Below the pieces are notes generated by a model. That model searched no databases. It saw only the letters and a list, made by a program, of their open reading frames with translations, and had not been told where the DNA came from. The position numbers were made by a program, and so were the translations under genes. Positions 35,890 through 45,366 of a stretch of 45,366 nt of DNA are shown here, piece by piece. Every line of letters begins with the position of its first letter. Within the stretch, counting starts at the first letter, position 1. The stretch lies in the NCBI GenBank assembly GCA_017983435.1, contig JAGOBM010000007.1, positions 1 to 45,366 of the forward strand, in the 5' to 3' direction. This DNA comes from Candidatus Moraniibacteriota bacterium. GTDB taxonomy: Bacteria; Patescibacteriota; Minisyncoccia; Moranbacterales; UBA1568.

Positions 35890-36498
35890 ATGGCAGCACA
35901 GCACCCGAAGAAAGAGCGATCATTCGTCATTGTGAAGCCCGACGGCGTGCAGCGCGGTCTCATGGGGGAGATTCTGCGGCGCATTGAGCGGACCGGCCTC
36001 AAGGTCGTGGCTGTGAAGTTTCTCGTGCCGAAAGAGGAGCAGTGCTGGGACCACTACCATAAGGAAGATGACTGGTTTCTGTCCAAAGGCACGCGTATCA
36101 CGGCTGATCGCGAGGCGCAGGGTCTGCCAATCGAAAAGGAGCCGATTGAGTACGGCAAGGATATCATCCGTGCCAATGTGACTTTCTTCACCTCGGGTCC
36201 GGTGCTCGCGCTGGTGATCGAGGGTAATCAGTCGGTGGCTATCGTGAAGAAGCTCGTGGGCGGCACCGAGCCATCGACGTCGGATGTCGGTACGATTCGC
36301 GGCGACTACACTATCGACTCGTACGCGCTGTCTTCTATCGACAATCGTGCGGTCCGCAATCTCATCCACTGTTCCGACAAGCCGGAGGAGGCGGAGCGCG
36401 AGATCGCTATCTGGTTTACGCCAGAAGAAATCGTCGCCTATCGCTTGGTCGCTGAGCAGGTGCTCTACGATGTCAATCTGGACGGTATTCTGGAGTAG
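35890..36498 (+). CDS. ndk: Nucleoside-diphosphate kinase (long form with an internal insertion)
   Basis: ERSFVIVKPDGVQRGL, IRGDYT and NLIHCSD motifs. At 202 aa it exceeds the usual length of about 140-150 aa. Confidence 0.9.
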   Translation: MAAQHPKKERSFVIVKPDGVQRGLMGEILRRIERTGLKVVAVKFLVPKEEQCWDHYHKEDDWFLSKGTRITADREAQGLPIEKEPIEYGKDIIRANVTFFTSGPVLALVIEGNQSVAIVKKLVGGTEPSTSDVGTIRGDYTIDSYALSSIDNRAVRNLIHCSDKPEEAEREIAIWFTPEEIVAYRLVAEQVLYDVNLDGILE

Positions 36499-36500
36499 CG

Positions 36501-36529
36501 TTGACTTTTCTGTTGAATTGGAGTATAAT
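36501..36529 (+). promoter_or_regulatory. Sigma70-like promoter (TTGACT-17-TATAAT)
   Basis: TTGACT at 36501-36506 and TATAAT at 36524-36529, immediately after the ndk stop. Confidence 0.5.
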
Positions 36530-36609
36530 ATGAGAGTGGTTGCATAAACCACTTTTGTGTTTTTTCTGTTGTTTTTTGAAAACCAATAATCCCAGAAAGG
36601 AGCTTGGGC

Positions 36610-36819
36610 ATGGGGAAGAAGCAGTGTGAAATCATGAATCAGTCGTGCGATTGTGATCCGGCCACGAAGGCTTGTACCAAGAAAATCAATTCGGGCAATT
36701 GCGACCCGAGCAAGAAGCAAACCAAATCTCTTCTGAATTTCGGTGAGCGGATGGGGGGTAGCAGATTATCAGAGGCGATGATAGCGATGCAAATCGTATC
36801 GGTCCGCTGGACGCATTAG
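36610..36819 (+). CDS. Small Cys-rich hypothetical protein (69 aa)
   Basis: SD AGGAG at 36598-36602 lies 7 nt before the ATG. The sequence is MGKKQCEIMNQSCDCDPATKACTKKINSGNCDPSKK... The unit has its own promoter-like sequence and a strong terminator. No family was recognised. Confidence 0.4.
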   Translation: MGKKQCEIMNQSCDCDPATKACTKKINSGNCDPSKKQTKSLLNFGERMGGSRLSEAMIAMQIVSVRWTH

Positions 36820-36837
36820 CCGTATACGATACGGCAC

Positions 36838-36880
36838 AAAGGGAAGAATCTCACAGAGAATTCTTCCCTTTATTTTTTTT
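36838..36880 (+). terminator. Intrinsic terminator
   Basis: AAAGGGAAGAAT..../....ATTCTTCCCTTT hairpin (one bulge), then A and T8. Confidence 0.75.
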
Positions 36881-36887
36881 GTGGAAT

Positions 36888-36922
36888 AAAAAAACCGTTC
36901 CGGATTATCGGAACGGTTTTTT
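36888..36922 (-). terminator. Intrinsic terminator of rpmB (bidirectional architecture)
   Basis: AACCGTTCCG/CGGAACGGTT 10-bp stem flanked by A7 and T6. Confidence 0.7.
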
Positions 36923-36965
36923 GACTATTAGGTTCTCTATTTTTCTATCGCTCTATTCCCTGCCC

Positions 36966-37148
36966 TTAGGCTTCCCGCGACTGCTTCGCGAGGGTGCGAA
37001 TCGCCTTGGTAGAAATCCGGAGTTTCACACCATCGATGTGCTTGGTCTGGATATTGACCGCGAAGGTGCGGCGCGTCTTGATGTTCGAGTGGCTGCGGTT
37101 GTTGCCGGTCTTGGTTCCGCGACCGGTCAGCTGGCATGTTCGGCTCAT
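36966..37148 (-). CDS. rpmB: 50S ribosomal protein L28
   Basis: MSRTCQLTGRGTKTGNNRSHSNIKTRRTF...; 60 aa. Confidence 0.9.
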   Translation of the reverse strand: MSRTCQLTGRGTKTGNNRSHSNIKTRRTFAVNIQTKHIDGVKLRISTKAIRTLAKQSREA

Positions 37149-37246
37149 AGCGCTCTAAATTCAGTTGCTTGGTAACACAGGAGAGAGTATCATGGATGAG
37201 CAGGAATGGCAAGTCCAGAGGCTTTGTTTCTGAGAGTGCGATTGGA

Positions 37247-37442
37247 TGGATTGGCCGCGAAAGATGATTTTTCCGATGCCGTGTTCTGACGCCAAGCAAG
37301 GAAAAAACGCTTTCGCGGCCAATCCAGAGAGGGTGTTTAAAAATGTATGGCCCGTCTGCCGAGGTACGAAACAGATTTTTTCCTTGCTGTACGCTCGGAA
37401 GCGTAGGGCATCAGAAAAAACCTCTTCCGCACCTCGGCAGAC
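37247..37442. repeat. Two adjacent hairpin elements of the repeat family shared with 9100-9600
   Basis: 17-bp stem 37247-37263/37310-37326 enclosing TTTTTCC/GGAAAAA. 12-bp stem 37354-37365/37431-37442 enclosing T6-CCTTGCTG-TACGC-TCGGAA-GCGTA-GGGCATCAG-A6. Confidence 0.55.
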
Positions 37443-37483
37443 TGACTTTTCGCTTGTATCTTAAATATTTTATCTTTTCAAAA

Positions 37484-38206
37484 ATGTCTCAAGAAATCGT
37501 CCTCATCAGCTTCTATTTCCTCGCTCTTCTGTATTCGGTCATCATCCATGAGGTTTCGCATGGCGTCATGGCCCTGTGGCTCGGCGATCTGACGGCCAAG
37601 TATGCGGATCGGCTCAATCTCAATCCGGCCAAGCATATTGATCCATTCGGATCGATACTCTTGCCGGCGCTTTTGATCCTGACGACTGGATACGCTTTTG
37701 GCTGGGCCAAGCCGGTGCCGTACAATCCCTACAACCTGAAAGACCAGAAGTGGGGGCCGCTGTGGGTGGCGTTGGCTGGTCCGGGGTCCAATCTGGCGAT
37801 CGCGTTGATTTCGGCACTGATTGCGGCGCTCTTGCCGATCACCCAGCTGGCGAAGATTGATATATTGAGCCGATTCTATCAGGCGATTTCGGGGTCTGGA
37901 GCCATGCTGGATCGGTTCGCGGCGCTCTCGGATGCGATGTCCGGGTCGTTGCCGCAGGTGCTCTTCGGCATTCTACTTATTCTTATATTCTGGAACGTCG
38001 TCCTGGCCTGTTTCAATCTGCTGCCGATCCCGCCGCTCGACGGTTCGAAGCTTCTGTATGCGGTTTTTCCGATCAAAGAGGAGACACAACGCTGGCTCGA
38101 GCACTATGGCATGTTTCTGATCCTTTTCGTCGTTCTTTTCCTTTCGGCGCCTATCAGTATCCTGATCCAGACCGTCCTTTCGCTCTTTATCGGGCTGACG
38201 ATCTAG
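37484..38206 (+). CDS. Site-2 protease family (peptidase M50) membrane metalloprotease
   Basis: HEVSHG (HExxH) and NLLPIPPLDGSKLL motifs. I prefer the ATG at 37484. Confidence 0.85.
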   Translation: MSQEIVLISFYFLALLYSVIIHEVSHGVMALWLGDLTAKYADRLNLNPAKHIDPFGSILLPALLILTTGYAFGWAKPVPYNPYNLKDQKWGPLWVALAGPGSNLAIALISALIAALLPITQLAKIDILSRFYQAISGSGAMLDRFAALSDAMSGSLPQVLFGILLILIFWNVVLACFNLLPIPPLDGSKLLYAVFPIKEETQRWLEHYGMFLILFVVLFLSAPISILIQTVLSLFIGLTI

Positions 38207-38259
38207 GAAGAGAGACATGGGTCCGCCCGCAACGCTTCGCAGGGTGATCCGGACGGGGG

Positions 38260-38288
38260 TTGACAATACTGTCGCTCTTGGGTAGGAT
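38260..38288 (+). promoter_or_regulatory. Putative str-operon promoter (TTGACA-17-TAGGAT)
   Basis: TTGACA at 38260-38265 and TAGGAT at 38283-38288. Confidence 0.45.
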
Positions 38289-38353
38289 AGGCACTACTAA
38301 AGCAAACGCTGTTTTTTGTTTGTCTTCCGATAATTTTTTACTGTTGCACCGCT

Positions 38354-38773
38354 GTGGCTACCATCAATCAGCTCATCAAGCGTCCGAGAAAGACCGGAGT
38401 CCGGAAATCCAAGTCTCCGGCGATGACTTATGTCATCAACACCGTGAAGAATCGTATTACCAAGACCCAGAGCCCGTTCAAGCGTGGTGTCTGTGTGAAG
38501 GTGACGACGACGACTCCGAAGAAGCCGAACTCCGCATTGCGGAAGATTGCTCGTGTGCGTCTGACGAACGGTATGGAAGTCACTGCCTATATCCCGGGCG
38601 TGGGACACAACCTCCAGGAGCACTCGATCGTCATGATTCGTGGTGGCCGCGTGAAGGATCTCCCGGGTGTCCGCTATCACGTCGTCCGTGGTATCTTTGA
38701 TGCAGCCGGTGTGAGTGATCGCAAGCGCAGCCGCTCGAAGTACGGCGCGAAGAAGGAGAAGAAGAAGGACTAA
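38354..38773 (+). CDS. rpsL: 30S ribosomal protein S12 (GTG start)
   Basis: (M)[12 protein letters not shown]...[10 protein letters not shown]... Confidence 0.95.
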   Translation: MATINQLIKRPRKTGVRKSKSPAMTYVINTVKNRITKTQSPFKRGVCVKVTTTTPKKPNSALRKIARVRLTNGMEVTAYIPGVGHNLQEHSIVMIRGGRVKDLPGVRYHVVRGIFDAAGVSDRKRSRSKYGAKKEKKKD

Positions 38774-38832
38774 ACTTAAACAGGGTATAGAGGGAGAGGG
38801 AATAGGCGGAATAGCTGAAAGAAATATACCCC

Positions 38833-38862
38833 TAATCCCTAACTATCTAATCCCTAACTATC
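38833..38862 (+). repeat. Perfect tandem duplication of a 15-nt unit (TAATCCCTAACTATC x2) in the rpsL-rpsG spacer
   Basis: Read directly: 38833-38847 is identical to 38848-38862. Confidence 0.9.
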
Positions 38863-38871
38863 TGTCAATTT

Positions 38872-39339
38872 ATGCCACGAAGAAAGCGAAATTATCAGCG
38901 CGAATGGAAGCCGGATACCCAGTATGACAATCCTCTGGTCGGCCATTTTGTCGGTATGATCATGTGGAGCGGCAAGAAGACCATAGCTGAGCGAATCATC
39001 TATGATGCCTTCGATATCATCCACGAGCGGACCAAGAAGGCCGGTCTCAATACTTTTGAGCAGGCGATCAAGAACGTCTCCCCACTCCTGCAGCTGAAGA
39101 GCCGTCGCGTCGGCGGAGCCAACTACCAGGTGCCAGTGCCGGTGTCCGGTGAGCGCCGCCAGATCCTCGCGATGCGCTGGATCCGCGATGCCTGCCGCAA
39201 CAAGAAGGGCAAGGCGATGGCCGAGAAGCTCGCTGACGAGCTCATCGATGCCTCGAACAAGGTGGGAACCGCGATCAAGAAGCGCGATGACACGCACCGT
39301 ATGGCCGAAGCCAACAAAGCGTTCGCACACTTCGCGTAA
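38872..39339 (+). CDS. rpsG: 30S ribosomal protein S7
   Basis: MPRRKRNYQRE...SGKKTIAERI... Confidence 0.95.
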   Translation: MPRRKRNYQREWKPDTQYDNPLVGHFVGMIMWSGKKTIAERIIYDAFDIIHERTKKAGLNTFEQAIKNVSPLLQLKSRRVGGANYQVPVPVSGERRQILAMRWIRDACRNKKGKAMAEKLADELIDASNKVGTAIKKRDDTHRMAEANKAFAHFA

Positions 39340-39442
39340 AGGTTCCACGAAAGATAGTGTATGATAGAATGGAACACTTGCGGTTCCATTCTTTGTTTCA
39401 AAAATCATTTTTCAAATATTCAATAGCCTAAATCTTATACCT

Positions 39443-41536
<2,094 letters not shown>

Positions 41537-41562
41537 ATAAGGTAGAAGATAGAAAAGAAAAA

Positions 41563-41605
41563 ACAAAAGACAGTTCCGGATAAGGAACTGTCTTTTGTTT
41601 TTTTT
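41563..41605 (+). terminator. Strong intrinsic terminator after fusA
   Basis: Perfect 15-bp stem ACAAAAGACAGTTCC/GGAACTGTCTTTTGT with loop GGATAA, followed by T7. Confidence 0.85.
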
Positions 41606-41791
41606 GGAGTAGATCGAGTAGAAACGAGTGCGGCGGTCTATCGTAAAAGGCGGGGATGGAGAAAGGTTTAATGAAGAGCAAGCGGAGAAAATGGTAGGAG
41701 AATGAGGTATTAAGACTAAGAATAAGGAGGGGTGAGAAGAGAGTTGGATATGAAGAATGAGGGGTACTGAGTGAGTGGAAACCTGTGGCTC

Positions 41792-41820
41792 TTGACAGGA
41801 TAAAAATGGCTTGTTATTAT
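41792..41820 (+). promoter_or_regulatory. Putative tuf promoter (TTGACA-17-TATTAT)
   Basis: TTGACA at 41792-41797 and TATTAT at 41815-41820. Confidence 0.5.
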
Positions 41821-41916
41821 GCTTCTTGATGCTCCGATTTAGCACTTTTTTTGTTTCTAGGAAAAGTACTATCGCGGAACGAAGCGATTAAATAAATTAA
41901 TTTGAGTTGTAAAGCT

Positions 41917-43107
41917 ATGGCAGAGCAATTTCAGCGGACCAAACCGCACGTGAACGTCGGTACCATCGGTCACGTCGACCACGGAAAGACCACTCTCACA
42001 GCGGCTATCCTCCACGTGCTGTCCCTCAAGGGTCTGGCCAAGGAGAAGGGCGTAGATGAGATCGATAAGGCGCCGGAAGAAAAGGCGCGCGGTATCACAA
42101 TCTCGACTTCGCACTGCGAATATGAGTCGGAGAACCGTCACTATGCGCACGTCGACTGCCCAGGGCACGCTGACTACATCAAGAACATGATTACGGGTGC
42201 TGCCCAGATGGACGGCGCTATCCTCGTGGTGGCTGCTACCGATGGTCCGATGCCGCAGACTCGCGAGCACATCCTGTTGGCTCACCAGGTCGGTGTCCAG
42301 AATATCGTGGTGTTCCTGAACAAGGTAGACATGGTGGATGACGCCGAGCTGATCGACCTCGTCGAGGCCGAAGTCCGCGAGCTCCTCTCCAAGTATGAAT
42401 TCGACGGCGACAATGCTTCGATTATCCGCGGATCCGCTCTCAAGGCTTTCGAAGCCAAGACAGCCGAAGAAGCTGATGCTCAGCCAATCCTCGAGCTCAT
42501 GGCAGCTCTCGACAGCAAGATTCCTGATCCAGTCCGCGATACGGAAAAGCCATTCCTCATGCCGATCGAAGATATCTTCTCGATTGAAGGGCGCGGCACC
42601 GTCGTGACCGGTCGTATCGAGCGCGGTATCGTCAATATCAACGAAGAAGTCGAAATCGTCGGTCTCCGCGACACTGCCAAGACGGTCGTCACCGGAATCG
42701 AAATGTTCAACAAGCAGCTCGATCGCGGTCAGGCTGGCGACAACGCTGGTCTCCTCATCCGCGGTATCAAGAAGGAAGACGTGGAGCGCGGTCAGGTGTT
42801 GTCCAAGCCGGGTTCCATCACTCCTCACACCGAATTCGAGAGCGAGGTCTATATTCTCGCGAAGGAAGAAGGTGGTCGTCATACTCCGTTCTTCAAGGGC
42901 TACAAGCCGCAGTTCTACATCCGCACCACGGATGTGACCGGTGAAGTGACTCTGCCGGAAGGAACCGAGATGGTGATGCCGGGCGATACGGTGAAGCTCG
43001 TCGTGAAGCTCCTCGCCCCAGTCGCTATGGAAGAGGGTATGCGTTTCGCGATTCGCGAAGGTGGCCGCACAGTCGGCGCCGGTGTCGCGACGAAGATCAT
43101 CAAGTAG
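41917..43107 (+). CDS. tuf: Elongation factor Tu
   Basis: [18 protein letters not shown] and DCPGHADY motifs. I prefer the ATG at 41917 (MAEQFQRTK). Confidence 0.97.
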   Translation: MAEQFQRTKPHVNVGTIGHVDHGKTTLTAAILHVLSLKGLAKEKGVDEIDKAPEEKARGITISTSHCEYESENRHYAHVDCPGHADYIKNMITGAAQMDGAILVVAATDGPMPQTREHILLAHQVGVQNIVVFLNKVDMVDDAELIDLVEAEVRELLSKYEFDGDNASIIRGSALKAFEAKTAEEADAQPILELMAALDSKIPDPVRDTEKPFLMPIEDIFSIEGRGTVVTGRIERGIVNINEEVEIVGLRDTAKTVVTGIEMFNKQLDRGQAGDNAGLLIRGIKKEDVERGQVLSKPGSITPHTEFESEVYILAKEEGGRHTPFFKGYKPQFYIRTTDVTGEVTLPEGTEMVMPGDTVKLVVKLLAPVAMEEGMRFAIREGGRTVGAGVATKIIK

Positions 43108-43207
43108 TCTTTGAGCGAATTGAGTCCCGACGAACCGCCCTCGTGGCGCTTCTCGGGACGACTATTCTCTTGAATATAACAAAGAGAAGAAAGTAACCTC
43201 GAGTATC

Positions 43208-43543
43208 ATGGCAACGAAGAAGAAAGTTGATGATGCCCCGATGACCCGCGTACGGATCAAGATCAAGGCCTATGACCACAAGGTCATCGACCAGTCAGCA
43301 CGCAAGATTGTCGAGACAGCCGAGCGTACAGGCGCTGCGATTACCGGCCCGGTGCCGCTTCCGACGGAAGTGCACAAGGTGACGGTGAACCGCTCGACCT
43401 TTGTACACAAGAATTCGCGCGATCAGTATGAGATGCGAGTTCACAAGCGGCTGATCGATATCGTGAATCCGAACGCGAAGACCATCGAGAACCTCACTTC
43501 ACTTGACCTCCCAGCAGGTGTCGACGTGGAGATCAAGATGTAG
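43208..43543 (+). CDS. rpsJ: 30S ribosomal protein S10
   Basis: [28 protein letters not shown]... Confidence 0.96.
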   Translation: MATKKKVDDAPMTRVRIKIKAYDHKVIDQSARKIVETAERTGAAITGPVPLPTEVHKVTVNRSTFVHKNSRDQYEMRVHKRLIDIVNPNAKTIENLTSLDLPAGVDVEIKM

Positions 43544-43575
43544 GTCATCAAAAACAGATACTATTTTTACTCGTT

Positions 43576-43724
43576 CCAGTCCCAGAGAACGCCCAGTAGC
43601 ACTGTGAAGCCCTCTCCTCGTGAGAATCCGCTTCCGAAGCTGACCCGGGCGGGGATACTGAGCGGGTCAGGGAAGCCCCGGGGAATACCGGTGGTGCACT
43701 GACTGGCTCGAGGTCCAGTTTTTT
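43576..43724 (+). promoter_or_regulatory. Structured 208-nt rpsJ-rplC spacer with mutually exclusive long-range stem and terminator-like hairpin (attenuator-like)
   Basis: CCAGTC(43576-43581) pairs with GACTGG(43701-43706). The competing pairing is ACTGG(43702-43706)/CCAGT(43715-43719), with a T-run through 43724. An internal 8-bp hairpin is CTGACCCG/CGGGTCAG (43640-43647/43663-43670). Confidence 0.4.
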
Positions 43725-43751
43725 GTTTACTTTAGAGTTTAGAGGAAGATC

Positions 43752-44351
43752 ATGAAAATCATTCTTGGGAAAAAACTTGGCATGACGACGCTGTTCGATG
43801 ATACGAAAGGCGCGTTGAACGTGACTTTGATCGCGTGCGGCAAGAATACGGTGGTTCTCAATCGGACAAAGGAGACGGACGGCTATGTAGCGGTCCAGGT
43901 GACGACTGACAAGACGACCCGCAAGACGACGCAGCATGAGTTCCGTCTCGATACGAATTCCAAGTCAATCGAGGTAGCAACGAAAGATCTGGTAGATTTC
44001 GCTCCTGGCGCCGAGTTGTCGGTCGCGCAGTTCGAAGTCGGTGATAAGGTCAATATCTGCGGCGTGACCAAGGCAAAGGGATTCCAGGGTGTTGTGAAGC
44101 GGCACGGATTCGCTGGTGGTTGGGCGAGCCATGGTGGCAAGCATGACCTCCGCAAGGGAGGATCGATTGGATCGACATTTCCAGAGCACGTCATGAAGGG
44201 TCGGCGCATGGCCGGTCGCATGGGTGGCGAGAATTTCACGGTTCAGAATCTCTCGGTTGCGTACGTGAATGTCGAAGAGGGACTGATTGGTGTCCGTGGT
44301 GCGGTTCCGGGTGTGAATGGCAGAGTGGTTGAAGTGATGAGCGTCAAATAA
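43752..44351 (+). CDS. rplC: 50S ribosomal protein L3
   Basis: ILGKKLGMT...KGFQGVVKRHGF... Confidence 0.95.
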   Translation: MKIILGKKLGMTTLFDDTKGALNVTLIACGKNTVVLNRTKETDGYVAVQVTTDKTTRKTTQHEFRLDTNSKSIEVATKDLVDFAPGAELSVAQFEVGDKVNICGVTKAKGFQGVVKRHGFAGGWASHGGKHDLRKGGSIGSTFPEHVMKGRRMAGRMGGENFTVQNLSVAYVNVEEGLIGVRGAVPGVNGRVVEVMSVK

Positions 44352-44355
44352 GCAT

Positions 44356-44997
44356 ATGGCAAAAGTATCCGTCTACAATACAAGCGGCAAGACCGTCGGA
44401 GAGATTGAACTCTCGGACAAGCTCTTCGCCCTCCCGTCGAATGACACACTCCTGCATCAGGTGTATGTCGTCCTGTCCGGCAATCTCCGTCAGGTGATCG
44501 CTCATACGAAGGATCGTTCCGAGCGCGCCGGATCCGGCGTCAAGCCGTGGAAGCAGAAGGGTACCGGCCGTGCCCGTATCGGTTCGGTCCGCGCGCCGCA
44601 CTGGCGCAAGGGTGGTGTGGTCTTCGGACCGCGCAATACGCGCAATTTCGTCCGTGAGCTCAACCGCAAGATGCGTCAGAAGGCTGTCTTGATCGCTCTG
44701 TCCGAGAAGATCCGCAGCGGCAAGCTCCTCGTCGTCGATACGTTCACCTTTGAGACGCAGAAGACCAAGCAGTTCGCCTCGTTCCTCGAGTCGCTCAAGG
44801 TCGCGAAGCGCGGTCTCCTGGTGGCGCTCGATATCGCCGAGAAGGACACGGAGCGGATGAGCCGCAATGTCGAGAAAGTTATCAATACGCTGGCAGTCGA
44901 TGTGAATGTGAAGCAGCTTCTTGATAAGGAGTACCTCCTCATCTCGAAGCAGGGTCTCGAGACTCTCGAGAAGAGATTCGCCGATTGGAATAAATAA
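44356..44997 (+). CDS. rplD: 50S ribosomal protein L4
   Basis: ...GSGVKPWKQKGTGRARIGS.RAP.WRKGG..FGP. Confidence 0.95.
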   Translation: MAKVSVYNTSGKTVGEIELSDKLFALPSNDTLLHQVYVVLSGNLRQVIAHTKDRSERAGSGVKPWKQKGTGRARIGSVRAPHWRKGGVVFGPRNTRNFVRELNRKMRQKAVLIALSEKIRSGKLLVVDTFTFETQKTKQFASFLESLKVAKRGLLVALDIAEKDTERMSRNVEKVINTLAVDVNVKQLLDKEYLLISKQGLETLEKRFADWNK

Positions 44998-45002
44998 TCG
45001 CT

Positions 45003-45366
45003 ATGGCAGTTTTTGGAAAGACAACCGAAGAGAAGAAGGGAGTAGCTGAAGTGGCTACGACTCCGGAGGTGCTGAAAGGTGCTTATGCCAATGCCATCCT
45101 GCGCAAGCCGCGCATCACGGAGAAGGCCTACGCGCTGAATGCTCTCAATCGCTATGTGTTCGAAGTCGACGGAAAGGCTTCGAAGCCGGAAGTGAAGCGG
45201 GCAGTGGAGGCATCGTATGGTGTGCATGTGGTTTCAGTGAACATGGTCCGTCTCCCGGGCCGCACCCGCCGTTTCGGTCGGTTTGTCGGAACCAAGTCCG
45301 GTGTGAAAAAGGCGATTGTCCAAATTAAGGAAGGTGAGAGCATCACGCTCTTCCAGGCAGGAATGT
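45003..45366 (+). CDS. rplW: 50S ribosomal protein L23 (3' end beyond the window)
   Basis: The ATG at 45003 opens a frame that runs to the window edge: ...LRKPRITEKAYAL...YVFEVDGKASKPEVKRAVEASYGVHVVSVN... It is absent from the ORF track because no stop falls within the window. Confidence 0.85.
   Translation, partial: MAVFGKTTEEKKGVAEVATTPEVLKGAYANAILRKPRITEKAYALNALNRYVFEVDGKASKPEVKRAVEASYGVHVVSVNMVRLPGRTRRFGRFVGTKSGVKKAIVQIKEGESITLFQAGM

Noticed and set aside
38833-38862. CRISPR array or other multi-copy tandem repeat.
   Set aside because: Only two abutting 15-nt copies are present, with no spacers. No CRISPR-like repeat-spacer periodicity or cas genes occur anywhere in the window.
38715-38927. 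70-aa ORF spanning the rpsL 3' end, the spacer and the rpsG 5' end.
   Set aside because: It is out of frame with both ribosomal protein genes. Its translation is an Arg-run followed by the tandem-repeat artefact (NIPLIPNYLIPNYL).

Overview
This 45.4-kb chromosomal segment comes from a small-genome bacterium using the standard code (TGA serves as a stop). By inference, the gene content fits Patescibacteria/CPR (Parcubacteria-like): a DUF4012 protein, a secreted lamin-tail/PKD protein, a pilin-like gene, a split ComEC, a ThrRS without the TGS domain, groEL without an adjacent groES, and one giant surface protein.

The backbone is housekeeping. It includes thrS, tRNA-Gly(CCC), pth, an LCP protein, lepB, hisS and a HIT protein. 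The rpsU-yqeY-ybeY-dgkA cluster follows, then ftsA-ftsZ, groEL, nrdR-comEC-MBL, ndk, rpmB and an M50 protease. The window ends with the str/S10 ribosomal block rpsL-rpsG-fusA-tuf-rpsJ-rplC-rplD-rplW (rplW runs off the right edge).

The most unusual coding feature is a 2.5k-aa membrane-anchored protein (about 21287-28783). It is built from 24 Kelch-like blades in two duplicated super-modules plus a train of FN3-like domains. It sits directly upstream of, and is apparently co-transcribed with, a MacB/Lol-type ABC ATPase and FtsX-type permease.

The second theme is non-coding. AT-rich intergenic regions carry near-consensus sigma70-type promoters and strong intrinsic terminators. Several structured elements are closed by perfect or near-perfect 16-19-bp long-range stems. 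Two of these (4424-4613 and 11248-11441) are stand-alone promoter-to-terminator RNA units that I could not assign to any known family.

A hairpin repeat family is shared by two divergent-promoter regions (about 9100-9600 and 37247-37442). No rRNA, CRISPR array, transposase, integrase or reverse transcriptase was seen.
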